Positions 26,145 to 38,548 of a DNA stretch of 64,000 nucleotides are shown piece by piece. Numbering within the stretch: the stretch's first letter is position 1; each line of letters opens with the position of its first letter. A program made the translations under genes and the position numbers. The notes under the pieces were generated by a model. It searched no databases. It was not told where the DNA came from and worked only from the letters and a program-made list of their open reading frames with translations. The DNA is from Tubiluchus corallicola (lineage: Eukaryota; Animalia; Priapulida): assembly GCA_030141605.1 (NCBI GenBank), contig JAQGDQ010000277.1, positions 124,001-188,000 on the forward strand, written 5' to 3'.

Positions 26145-28524
26145 TTCGAACACTGGTTCTGATTTTATAAAGCAGCTTTAGATCTATTCCGTACACCAGT
26201 AACGTGCGATATAGACATTCACACTCTACTCTCTTTATCGAAAACTACGAAGACTGAACTCTAATGTTCAGCAGTCACTTGTGTGTGCTGAGGTGTAAGA
26301 ACCTCAAAAAGCCACGTCGAATATAAGCCCAAAGTAAACAACAGACATAAGTTCAGAAATAACAAACACAAAGTTCACATTTTTATAGATGTCACAGTAA
26401 TAATAACTCTTCAGAGAGAAATGCTGAGCAACCACTCGGGATCGAAGTTACTAAAAGCAAAACGTTTTACAGAGAAAACTAATAAAACAAAAGAAATTAT
26501 TGAAAAAAGGTCACAGCAAAAAATCACCGATTATAATTCTTCAAGTTCTGGTTTTGGATTACATAATGCCATAACAGTTGAATAAAGTAATAACTTCCAC
26601 TTCTAATTTTTATACTTGATGGCTAACTAGCCAGTTGGTGTCTATTTGTTGTGCAGTTCTAACAAGAATGCTTATAGCTGTATATGGAAATTGCACCTCA
26701 CTGCACCGCTTCGGAAAAAATATGTTAATGTTATCGCATATTTGTTACATAAACGTTGAATGACTTGTGTTTTCATTGATTAATGACACAAGTGCTTTAA
26801 AACGACTTGCTCTCGAATCTTTAAAAAGACTTGCTTTCGTAACTTCATTAACACTTTGCACTTAACTATCAAACCCCCCAAAAACTGAGTAAAGATCCCA
26901 GTGATGTAAAAATTTACACCGCTTTTTCAACACTGAATAAAATCCTGTAAGTAGTTTTATTCTGATTTATGAAACAGTAATTTTATAAGAGTTTGTGTTA
27001 AATTTACCTTTATAATTGTAAAAAAAACAGCTTTTCGGTGTGCAACACTGTGCTATCATATGTGTATAACTGGTTATAAAACCTGGTTTGCCACAATATT
27101 ATTACGAACCCATGAAAATTTATGAAGACAATCCAGAGAAGTCTATTCAGTCTATTGTAATCATAAGACAATGTACGTTGTGTAAATCAAACATAAACTG
27201 ATAATCATCAAACATCTTAATCGCTTGATGTACAAACAGGTACGCACGCAAGACTGAGTAATTGTTGGCTAATTTATTTAGGCACGCTCATATATGCTGA
27301 TGACTTCTTTGTTATTGTTAGCTAAGCGTGATATTGATGGGCTTCCTGCTGAAGCTTCCATTTTTAGTCAGAAGTGTGGTCTAGGGATGGATATTGTAAA
27401 GTAAAGCTCATATTAAAGGTTATATAAATTGCCTACCTTGCAATGTATATTAAGTTTCCATGTATGTCGGTATTAATTATGGCTTTTAGATTAGACAAGC
27501 AACCTGCACAATAAATTATTAATAAATTTGCTGACCAACACGTGTTTTGTTACAGGGTTCAAAAGTATAAAGGGCTTAAAGCATTTTAATTCAAATTCAT
27601 GTAATTATTGTTCTGATTTTGCAATTCTTTGAGTAAGTTTGAATCTGCTTTGAAGACGGTGATACAACTCTTGAACGTATGCATTACGAACATTAAAAAT
27701 TTTGTATTCATCAATCTCCTATTATAAATGCAAGGCCCAATGGTGTAATTAGTATATATTGGGTGCAAAAAATATAACTGAGTACTGAAGCTGAATGTTG
27801 CAACATACAAAATAAATCACAAAAGACTAAATGTATTATGACAATGATAGCATGGGCTCCTATAACCAATTTATAGTATATATATTTGTTGACTAACCAT
27901 TTATCAATGCGTTAATAAATTGAACAAGTTAATGCAAAATAAATGCTTGAACATGGGTAGGGCGAGAAAATAAATTATGCTAATGTAACACAATAAATAA
28001 AACAAGAGCTTGAACAGTGCAGTAGCTACTTAAATGTAAAATTAAGAAATAACAAATGCAAGTCTCGAAACTGCGGGTCGTTGCATGTGAGTAACTAAAG
28101 ACGAATCCAATGCCGCGGCTTGCACTTTGTTTATCGAAGAATTTAATTATGCTATACATGTATGTCGGAAGATTTTGTTGTTCGGGAAAACGAATTAAAT
28201 GCTAAAGACACTGGCCGCTCTGAAAAGCTAGTAAATTTGACTATTCTTCCGGTCATTTTTTTCAAATTCTCAACAAGTATCCACGCAGGTGGCACGTCAG
28301 TTAATTTCAGTAACATTATTTCACAAGGAAGCACTGCATCTCAACAAGATTCTCATTTTTTCAATTTTGAGGTTCACGAACCATTTACTAATTGGCATCA
28401 AATTCCGTAAAGCGGATGTTTTTCTACCGTTTGTATCCTAATTTCTGCGTCGCTTCTGCCCGGTTAAACTGAGCGATGCATGTCGTGGCTTCAATATACG
28501 CAATTATGCATTCAGTCTCGTTGT

Positions 28525-28600
28525 CTCTGATTGGTTGCAGACTCGAGCGCACAGTCACAGTGAAGCTCTTCGCAATGTCAACTGCCACTCCTTAATATAC
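28525..28600 (+). promoter_or_regulatory. otp proximal promoter (inverted CCAAT box, TATA-like TAATATA)
   Basis: CTCTGATTGGTT at 28525-28536 and ttaatatac near 28592, 45-115 bp upstream of the ATG. Confidence 0.45.
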
Positions 28601-28639
28601 GTTTCACAGTCGACGTGTCACTGTTCATTTTAGGCAAAT

Positions 28640-28742
28640 ATGGACCAACTTAGTTTTGCCACCGGCGTTCACCCACTGGGAAATCATAGTCTCCACACTT
28701 CGTCGTCTGAGATTCTCTCTGGCGTGACTATGGGCACAGGAG
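28640..28742 (+). CDS. otp: orthopedia exon 1
   Basis: MDQLSFATGVHPLGNHSLHTSSSEILSGVTMGTG, then a perfect G|gtaagt phase-1 donor, in frame with exon 2. Confidence 0.75.
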
Positions 28743-30654
28743 GTAAGTAGTAGCAGCTTCAATTACATTGCATAGCTCTATAAATTAGCTGCCTTACCTA
28801 TGATAGGCTTACAGTTTATTAAATTTACCCGGCGCAGAATTGACTGCCATTCTGTACTCGTTAGTCTTTCAAGACTAATAAGGCCTAATTTTGAAAAACC
28901 ACTATCTAACGTGGCTCCTTAATTGACCGGTAAATGAGGACATACACAAGGCTGGCAAGTTTGAACGAAAATTTTCTTTAATTTTTGGATAATTTGCCGA
29001 CGTAAATGGCGCCGTGCGTTGCCGATGCGAATACAAATTTCACTAATTTAGAAACGTTGAACGTTTACATTATAAATTTAAGTGCAATTAATTGATAATG
29101 AATTAATTTGCGATAATTGACGCTGTTTAACCTAGTACACTTTTGCGTATTCATATTTTTATATTAAGCTTTGTTTAATTGAGAAATTTTTGCAGAATAC
29201 GTCAACTGTTTAATCAAGTGTGGTAATAAGAAAAAAATGACCAGCTGATAATTTCCATAAACTATTACTTAGCTATAAGTAATGCACGTGCACGATGAAA
29301 AATAATTTTATTTTGGTAGACGCTACAGAATTAAGAACAAAGCAATTATTTGAAAAAAGCAATGGTCCTGTTGGACTACCATTTTTTCAAATTTTTTGTA
29401 TTTAAGTTTAAAATACGCACATAGATTCCCAAATACTAAAGCTTTTGTTGACTTTACTAATGATAGGTGGAATTTACAAAATTAGTAATACAAAAAATTA
29501 ACGAAATTATTGTTTGACGTGTAATAGTGTGCAGCCGATAAATTAGTGGTGTTTTTCGCACTAAGAAAATAACTGTATGATTTATATATTTCAAAATGTA
29601 AAATTGACAAAAAGAACTTGGACTTCTATCTTTAAATAACAACTTCAGCTCTGCAATGTAATTATTTCTAATAGTTCCAACAGAAACAAAGGTGTGCATG
29701 CGCCACTTGTGTATATTTACTACATAACCTAAACGTTGGCTCGATTATATGAGTTCAGTAATATGAAAGCGATACTAATGACCTTAAATTACCTTTTTAT
29801 GCCAGTTTTTATTAAAATTAGAATTGTTTATATAGATTTCAGCCGCTTACGCTTTTAGACGTCAGTAGTAATTTACTGTGTATATTTAAATACATAAAGC
29901 TCTTAATTTTTTCAATGTCCTATATTAAGTATAAATATAAGTTTCTTCAATATTACAATGTTATATGCAAAGTCATGCTGACTTTGCATACTACTCTATT
30001 GGTGTATTAATACAATTTTAACTGCAGCTCGAAAGAAAAACTAGACGAGCATTTCGATTTTTTTATATTTTTTTCTAATGCTGTATTTAAATATTGCAAT
30101 TATTATATACAAAAACAGTTAATATACCTGTTGTGTTTTTAGAATCGAATAATTATCGTTTTGCATTCGTGATTTCAATTAGCGTTAATTTAATAAACTT
30201 TTCGCACATTCCTCGTACGCGCGTTGTCTTTTAAAAATCTGCCAAATGGAATGACAGTCAATTCAAAATTTCTGCAAGTTTATTTACGCTGAGTAAATAC
30301 AGGAAGTCTGTTAAAAATAACATTGTATAATTATCATAGTAACATTGTAAAGCGATTCGTACTTAAAAAGTTGGTTTCAATAATTTTATCCGACTTGGTG
30401 CTTTGCGATATGATTTTGCAACATCAACTTTATTTTTAAAAGGCTTTATTTTATTCTTTGGTGAATAGATATGAATAGGTTTTTTAGATATTTGGTTTTA
30501 AAAAAGTTTGAAATTAATAAACAATTAAATAGTGTTACCTTAATCATAGGCGCTCAAAAAATTAGCGATTTTTTTTAAAATTTTCGTATAAATTACAGCA
30601 GCTCTGAGAGGAAACTGGCGAACAAGTCATAAAGTTTTTAACATTAATAATTTT

Positions 30655-30920
30655 AGTGAACAGCGTAGTCTAAAAAGTCACGAAAAGTCCATTTTTGTTT
30701 AGTAACATAGTTGAAAACGTCACGAAAGGCTCTGTTTTAAGTACGGCAACAGAGTTGAAAAACTTACGAAATGCTATATATTTTTTAGGAAAGGCACGTC
30801 AAAATTGTTGAAAACATTACGAAAAATTTTATTTTAATAAAGTACTGCAACATAGTTCAAAACGTGAACAAGGGCTCCATTTTTAAAATATTGCAACTTA
30901 AGCTGAAAACGTTACAAACT
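30655..30920. repeat. degenerate minisatellite, about 6 units of ~45-55 bp
   Basis: Recurring caacatagttgaaaacgt(c/t)acgaaa..ctccattttt units in otp intron 1. Confidence 0.75.
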
Positions 30921-31067
30921 AAATTAAATTAAATTTAAACTACATACCGTAGGCCTGATGCTCATTTTAAACTAATTTGAATAATTAATCTAAACGCTTG
31001 GCAGGAAAACTGATTACCTACTGGTTACATTTGGAACTTAACTTGCCTATAATATAACAAATTTCAG

Positions 31068-31321
31068 GTATTAGCGAAGAAAAACTAAAGAATTCTCGAA
31101 ATATGACGTCACTGGATCAAAGTCATCACCAACATACCTCGCACAATCAGCAAGGTTCGGATTCTGGAGACAAGCCTCTAAAGCAAAAGCGGCATAGAAC
31201 TCGGTTCACACCTGCACAACTGAACGAATTAGAGCGAAGTTTCAATAAAACACATTATCCCGACATTTTCATGAGAGAGGAATTGGCATTGCGGATAGGT
31301 CTTACCGAATCTCGTGTACAG
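31068..31321 (+). CDS. otp: orthopedia exon 2 (homeodomain 1-46)
   Basis: atttcag acceptor; [47 protein letters not shown]|gtatgt, the diagnostic Otp homeodomain. Confidence 0.96.
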
Positions 31322-31874
31322 GTATGTGACATAAGCTTTTCCCCAGAGTTGCTTTACTACGGAATTCTGCCCGAATACAATTCGGGTTTTTTAAAAAAAT
31401 AGATAGTAATTGCGACTAATAATTGACCGAAACTGCATGCACATTATGTGCGGTCAAATTACTAAGCCCGTGGAAAACGGTATATTTACCTAAAAAGGGA
31501 AAAGTGGTATATTAACTTAACAATCAATTTTACGATTGTCACTGAAATTTTTGCCTTCAATAACGAATCATCGCCAGTCTGTTTTTTGCTTTTTCCGCGC
31601 TGTTACAAAATATTGTAATAATGTGTATTTCTTAAAATCGTGAGTAAATAAATTTGGTTAAAATTTCAAGTGAATTTACTCTAATGCTGATTTATCAAAA
31701 TAGTATTAAACGATGGCTGAATAGCATAACATATCTCAAAAGTTGGTAGCTTTTCTAAAAATTTATACTAAATTTAAAGTTAGGATTTACAACTCTAAAT
31801 ATGTAACTGCTTAGGAATCTACCCACCTACCTAAATATCCATTCATTTTTCTACCGACTTTTCTGCCAACTGTA

Positions 31875-32060
31875 CATACGTACCTACCTACATATCTCCC
31901 TACCTACCTCCCTACCTACATACATACCTACCTACGTATCTACGTACCTACCTAGCTACCTAAATACCAACGTATCTACTTACCTACCTGCCTACTAACC
32001 AACCTAGATACCTTCTGAAGTAGCTACCTATCTACTTACCTCCCTATCTACTATCCACCT
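31875..32060. repeat. (CCTA)n degenerate microsatellite
   Basis: Direct inspection. Confidence 0.85.
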
Positions 32061-32499
32061 GCTCGTCTGCCGGCTTGTCGCCTGCTGCCTACCTGCCTGT
32101 CTGTTTGTCAGCTCGCCTGCTTTTCTACATATTAACCTACGTTAAAACCAGTTTGCTAATTTATTTACAGTTGATTTTATGCTACTGTTTTTATAAAACC
32201 AAAGTTTTTTTTATATCAGGTGGCGCAAAACTTGCGCAGAAGTTATGATATTATAAGAAGAAAATGACGGGATCTTTCGAAAATTACCGCGCTGTATTGC
32301 GTACGCTTGTGTCTAAATCAAAACTTTCAGATTTTTCCAAAGATACAGAAGTTTTAAATCAACAAGTCAAAATAAATAAATAGATTAATTAATTAATTAA
32401 TAAATAAATGAATAAATGAATAAGTAAATGCTGTAAAAAAATTCGTATGTCACTATTGTTAAAATTTACCAGCACATGCTGTATGTGTCTGTCAAACTA

Positions 32500-32645
32500 G
32501 AAAAAAGCATTTTTCAAAAGCAAACACACTTTCTCACTTTTTCAAGGGTTATTTAGTGCCAGCACTCAACAATTTTTGCCTTTACTTATAAGTGTGCATC
32601 AAACTGCCTTGTGCTGTTGTCGTACACTTTCTCTTAAGATAGTTT
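32500..32645 (+). repeat. dispersed repeat, copy 2
   Basis: Similar to the reverse complement of 23705-23860. Confidence 0.7.
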
Positions 32646-35469
32646 ACTTTCTGTTTTCGTTCTCTTAAAAGAAAACCGGCCTCGGCCTTAAACTATTTGT
32701 TCTGTAAAATATTGAATTGAAAGGGATGCATAAGAAGGAGTTAAGTTTAAGAATGATTTACGTAAAAGAATTATTACGGCAGTTATTCGTTGTTACATGC
32801 ATTTCACCGTTCGCTACATAGACGGACACTAGCGCCAGCACCTCGGAAAGGCTTTGCCCAAAAGCATGCGTTGTACTTTTCATCTGACGCGCGTTCAATT
32901 GTGATGTGGTGCACACGTTCGGAAACCCATGTGTGAAATTCGTAGAACATTTGCTTCAAATATTAATGTAATCTAACATTCGGGGCATTTTTTCTGCGCC
33001 ACTCGATAATTAACCTCATTTTAGCATTTTTCCCGAATTGACTATTGTCTAACTTCAGTATGGTTTTTATCGTTCGAAATCATTTATTGTATCGTATCGG
33101 ATTGTCTTAAAATAGTTTATTGTTATCGTATCATTGGGAAAAAGTATCGTGCCGTGTCGTTATCATATCAATTTGTATCCTTTAGCATCCCTACTAATAT
33201 AAACAAATAATTGCATTTAATGGTCAGCCAAACTGGCCTTTTCTGAAAGTATTGTAAATTAGCCTTTCTTAGGTAATAAAAAGCTCTCAAATAAAGGTCA
33301 AAAAGCAAATGTCTTATATCCATATCCATATATATTATATCTATTGGTTAAACTATATTAAAATAAATTAAACTACTTTATAATTATTATTTTATAGTCA
33401 TGAAACATTTTTATTTCTAGAAATAATATCCGTTAAGTATGATTTATTAAATCTTCCAGATATTTGTGGTTATTTTGTATGAAATCGCTATTTGTTTGCA
33501 CTTGTAAGAAAATAGTAGTGAATAGTGAAAGAAGTTAATTAATAGTGAAAGAAAACTATTGTTTTTTAAGCTACTCGTATGCATTTGGAGCACGAAAGCC
33601 CGCAGCAATTTTACTATTCAAATTTGAATTAAACATAATGTTCAAAATGTGAAAAAAGTTGTTATAGTGTGCGAGCGTTTTTTTGTTCTCTCTAAAATAT
33701 ACTAGGTTAGTAATAATTGTTTTAAATTCCTGTCAAGCTGTTACAGGTCTTATACTTTAGTCTTATACTGTTGATATCAAATTAACTGTATATGGCTACA
33801 AAATAATTGAATAGAACGTAAACGTGGTTCTACTCAATCTGTTAATGAATGATACTTAAGAATGTGAAATTGCCTCAATTATTCATAAATATCAAACAGT
33901 AAAAATATTTAAAATAAAAAATGTAACTTCACGCAAAGAAAAAAGTGCTGAAATGCAAGAGATTGGAAAATACGTTGATTACGTTGCTATTGCAAATTAA
34001 TTAATTTTGAGGCGCAATATATTTTAGCTAATAAGCAGTTGTAGACAATTTATAGACAATTGTAGTTTTTTTGGAAACAGTTACAACGACTTGTTAAAGT
34101 TAACCACTCTCTGGTTACCAAAATGACAACGCTCTTATGGTTTTGCTATTATCTTCGATCACATTGTTGTACCGATGAAATCACTAAAATTTTGTTTGCA
34201 TAAAACACAATGTTCCATGTCCCAGTCAGCAAAGCGACATTATCTTACGTTGACGAATGCCAACCTACTTATAATCATAGGCCCGTTTAGGCTTTTACAT
34301 TATCAGCTGATACTTACTGTCTCACGTGGCCACTAAACAGCGTCATTGCAGTACGACTGTAATTACATATTACGTAATCGGTTAGGTTATAAGGACCATC
34401 ATCTTTTAATTACAAATCTTCTTTATTAGCTATTCGCGTGGGAAATTGCCACGACAGGTAGAATCATTTTTGTGTGACACGTGTCATAAAAGCATTAAGC
34501 CTTTAATTAGCCAACCGTATAATATTGCAGGTGTGTTGTGGGTGGTAGACACTTGTACGTGGAGCAAATATCTCTTGATAATATAAAACTTTCAAAAATT
34601 TAACATTTCAAAGTATTTGAACTTGTAATTAAGCTGATATGTAATAAAGACAATTCCGAGTAAATGCACGATGCCATAATTCATTAATAAACTCACATTC
34701 CGTATAATTAATAAAAAATTAAAGGTAAAGATCTTAGTTGCTAACTTTTGTATTGTATTGAACTGAATACTTGACGATGATTTGAATACAAACCGAAGAT
34801 TTGTAACTCAAATCTTTGCCATTTAACTTTTTATTAATTACACTGAATATTCGTTTATTAATTAATTAAGTATTAATCGGAGTTATGTTTATATTGCATT
34901 GCTTGAAATTTTCGGACGATAGAGATACTGACAATCTATTGCATTTTAATCACATTAATGTTAATTACACTTGTTAATTATACTTACTTAAAAACAAAAC
35001 ACTTCTACGCCTAACGGTAATTAGTAATTAACTACTGCGTCTCAGACACACAACAGTCTTTTACAGAACACCATACGCTTCCCACAAAACAAACTTTTGA
35101 TAAAACCCCAGTGCTCTTAGAACGGCGTAAACCCAATCAGCACTATGTAATATTTCATTCGCTAAAGATAATGTCGTCGTATTCTTGCTACATCATCGCG
35201 TCATTAATATTTATTTGCCCATACAAGTTGTGCCGGCTTTGTCTGCGACTTGTTAATGCTTGGTTCAGCATCAGCTGTGATTACCTGGGGAGTCGTTAGA
35301 CTCCATTAAGCGGTGTACTGTCATCGATAAATCGTCCGACTAACATCACCAAGTAAGAACCATGCAGAGTAAGCAGTTATTTTAACTCAGAATTGTTTGC
35401 TGTGAAAATGGGGATGGTTTGAAGCCCCGCAGAGTTTTATGGCTTCCTATGTTGTGATATTTTAATCCT

Positions 35470-35850
35470 TTTTTGTTTTTCCGTTCTTTTTTGTTCCTTT
35501 ATTTTTTCATAATTACTTTTCGCCTATTTCCTTCTTATTTTTATTTCATTCGTTCGTTTATCCATTCATTCATTCACTCATTTTCATTCATTCATTCAAA
35601 TCATTCATTCATTCATTCATTCATTCATTCATTCATTCATTCATTCATTCATTATCTCTTTATTTTGTTTTTCTTTCTTTCTTTCATTCATTCATTCTTT
35701 CTTTTGTTTTTCTTTCTCTCTTTGTTCCTTTCATCTTCTTTCTCTTTGCTTTTTTCCTTCTTCCCTTGTTTCCGTTTTTTCTCATTCATTTTTCTTTCTT
35801 CTTCTCTTCCTCCCTTTCTTCATTATTTTCTCAATTTCTTCTTTTTCACT
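35470..35850. repeat. (CATT)n and pyrimidine-rich low-complexity tract
   Basis: Direct inspection. Confidence 0.9.
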
Positions 35851-37981
35851 CAAACTTGAGTGAACACAAAATAATTTTATAACTCCACAAAGTAAGTCAC
35901 GTATTGATATTCACAATACTTAACGAAATTGTACTAAAATGAGTAGTCTTTACTAAACAAACTATTAATAAATACATTACTATTAACACATTAATCTACT
36001 TCTTTCCACCTTATGTCCAACAAAAGTCACAAGTGTGCCAAATTTTGCAATTCAAAAGTCAGGATTATTCAAGTTTATTTTAGTTTTATATTGGACATTT
36101 ATTTCAAACGCAAAGCGAGAAGGTGAACGATGGATTTTGCTCTTTCGAAAAGCCATTCACGCGCTAAAATCGCAATTTGCAATTTGAGGGTTAAGGAAAA
36201 CCTAGCAGCAAGTTTAATGAAAAAGCGACTACGCGGTGATGCGTCGTAAACTCGGTTTTGATATGACATATTAACGACAGTAACGACAGTAATAAAGCAC
36301 GATGTTATAATCTAACAGAGTATTAAACGCGAGCGAAGTTTGTTATATGCAAGTTATGTAAAAAGACGGCCAATACTTGCAGAATATCTGTAGCAAGACG
36401 GCCAATACTTCCTTCCTATATTGATTTGGATAAAACCGCAGATCTGATTATTTGCCCCGTCTGTGACAGGAATTAAAAAATAATGACTCAAAAAGAAAGA
36501 GAAATTATAGTTCTCCCTGAAAAGGCTTATTCACAAAAAAAGAATTCTTTGTTGCCGTTTAATTCTCAAAGAATGAGTCTGAATGTAAGACAGTGTAAGC
36601 CGCATTCTAAGGTTTCGCTGACTTTTTCAAAGCAATTTTTGACAGAAATTAGTTTAATATCGATCATTTCGAGTTAGTTTTGTCGGAATATATGTTTCAT
36701 TATGATGATATGGGTGCGGGCTAGCCTGGGTCTGTGGGTGAAATGGTTGTCGGTAAGCCTTTTGCACCTTTTAGGAAAGGTTAGAAAATCTTATGAAAAG
36801 GTAACAAAGTATTGTGCACTTGATATTGATTAAATAGTTTAGTTTGAGTTATTTCAGCATTGCATGCAACCGTGCAAGCCAGAAGCAAAGGCGTCTATAC
36901 AATTCTTAGATAAAAGCGCTTTATAGAATCGGGAATCAACAAAGCACAGGTCCTATTGATTGTAGACATTTAGGGACACAAACAACCATTAGGACGCATT
37001 TAACAGGTGCAAAGGACATCAAAAGTCATTGTGATTTAGCAGTAAAGATTAAGCAACAACGGACAGCAACTGGCCGTAGTTACAAGAGTATTTAAAAAGA
37101 TCAGTGTTCATTGAAAATGTCAACAATATGAACATTCTTCAAATAGGATTTTATTGCCGATCGGTTTCGTATAATTGTTGACCGTACATTTTGCATCCAG
37201 ATGGGCTGAACATCGCAAAACAATGCATAGATCTCATACATGCCAAGATATTCTAGTATTTGAAGCAAAAAAAGCGTTAAAACGGGGCATTGTGTTTTGG
37301 GGAGTTCAGTGGCAAAATGGCAGCTCCGTGGTTCCGAATGATTTTTTTTATTTATTTTTAAATTGACAGTTTCGTTACAACTGACATGTTTTGTTTGTGG
37401 GGCGGTAAGACAGTTTCATGCTATGAAGATATGTAGTCTGTAAGTTAAAGAATATTAACTACCGACTGAATTGAATTGTACTTGTTTTAGATACCTTGAA
37501 AATGAACAGTAATTTTCGAATCGGGTCGACAATAAAATTCTATTTTGAGGAAGTTGTACTTATTTGCCAGTAATATGAACATTTTATAGTACTTGGTAGA
37601 AACGTAATTGAGTGTGAACTAAATAACGTTATTAATAGTCAGTTAACTCCAAATTTAACAGTGTAACTTTACAAACAGTTCTGCAGCCCGTGAAGTTCTG
37701 TAGCTCGCTAAGATGTCTTTCAAACCTAGGAATTAAAATCTCCTTTCTGAAGACAATCCTGTTCACCATTAAATCTTCACTGACAAATTTCGAGCTCTGA
37801 TTTGATCAAAATTATATTTAAGATATTTTATTTAAGAGTTTCTCTATGCAGTTATAGAAAATAAAGATCTTGTATTTGATATTACATGTTTTTGTAATAT
37901 CATGGCGTTAGTGCATTAAAGCCTGACTTATTTACAGACTTCATTTTTTGTAACTTTAATTCAACTTCATTTTTCTTTTAG

Positions 37982-38548
37982 GTCTGGTTTCAAAATCGAC
38001 GGGCTAAATGGAAAAAGAGAAAGAAGACAACAAACGTATTCCGGACGCCAGGGGCACTGCTGCCATCGCATAACCTACCGCCATTTGGTTCAATGAACAT
38101 GAACGACTCATTTTTTTCACCAGGTCCTGCGGACAGCACCAGATGGATGTCTCAGATGTCCGGCGGCACCGGACTGTCATTACCACCATCCTTACCACGC
38201 CAAACTCTGGGCCAATCGTTGTCACCAACAGTGTCCTGCGTGGGTCAATCAAACATGACGTCCTTGTCGAATAACAACAATGGTGGGTCATTGTACCACA
38301 CCCCATACACGCTCGGGTCGCTTACACCGACCAATAACGGGATAGGATCGGCGACGTCCGTGTCACCGCCAGCGTCCTCGTCATCGCCGTGCAGCATGAT
38401 GGATGGTAATGACGCTTGGAGAGGAACAAGCATTGCTGCACTCAGACGGAAGGCACTTGAACATACGGTGAATTGCATTGGTGGAGTGGGCGGAGTAACA
38501 GGAATGGGTGGGGTGACAGGTATGAGCAGCATGGCTTCTTTTCGATAA
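37982..38548 (+). CDS. otp: orthopedia exon 3 (homeodomain helix 3, OAR domain)
   Basis: ttttag|[38 protein letters not shown]... ; OAR motif [16 protein letters not shown]; stop TAA at 38546-38548. Confidence 0.96.
   Translation, partial: VWFQNRRAKWKKRKKTTNVFRTPGALLPSHNLPPFGSMNMNDSFFSPGPADSTRWMSQMSGGTGLSLPPSLPRQTLGQSLSPTVSCVGQSNMTSLSNNNNGGSLYHTPYTLGSLTPTNNGIGSATSVSPPASSSSPCSMMDGNDAWRGTSIAALRRKALEHTVNCIGGVGGVTGMGGVTGMSSMASFR

Noticed and set aside
30655-30920. CRISPR-like repeat-spacer array
   Set aside because: Eukaryotic intron; the units are degenerate along their whole length with no unique spacers, so it is an ordinary minisatellite.
35473-35859. 128-aa Phe/Ser/His-rich ORF
   Set aside because: Translation of (CATT)n and a pyrimidine tract in otp intron 2.
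38004-38532. Antisense ORFs over otp exon 3, and plus-strand ORFs over ADAM exons
   Set aside because: Shadow frames of real GC-richer coding exons.
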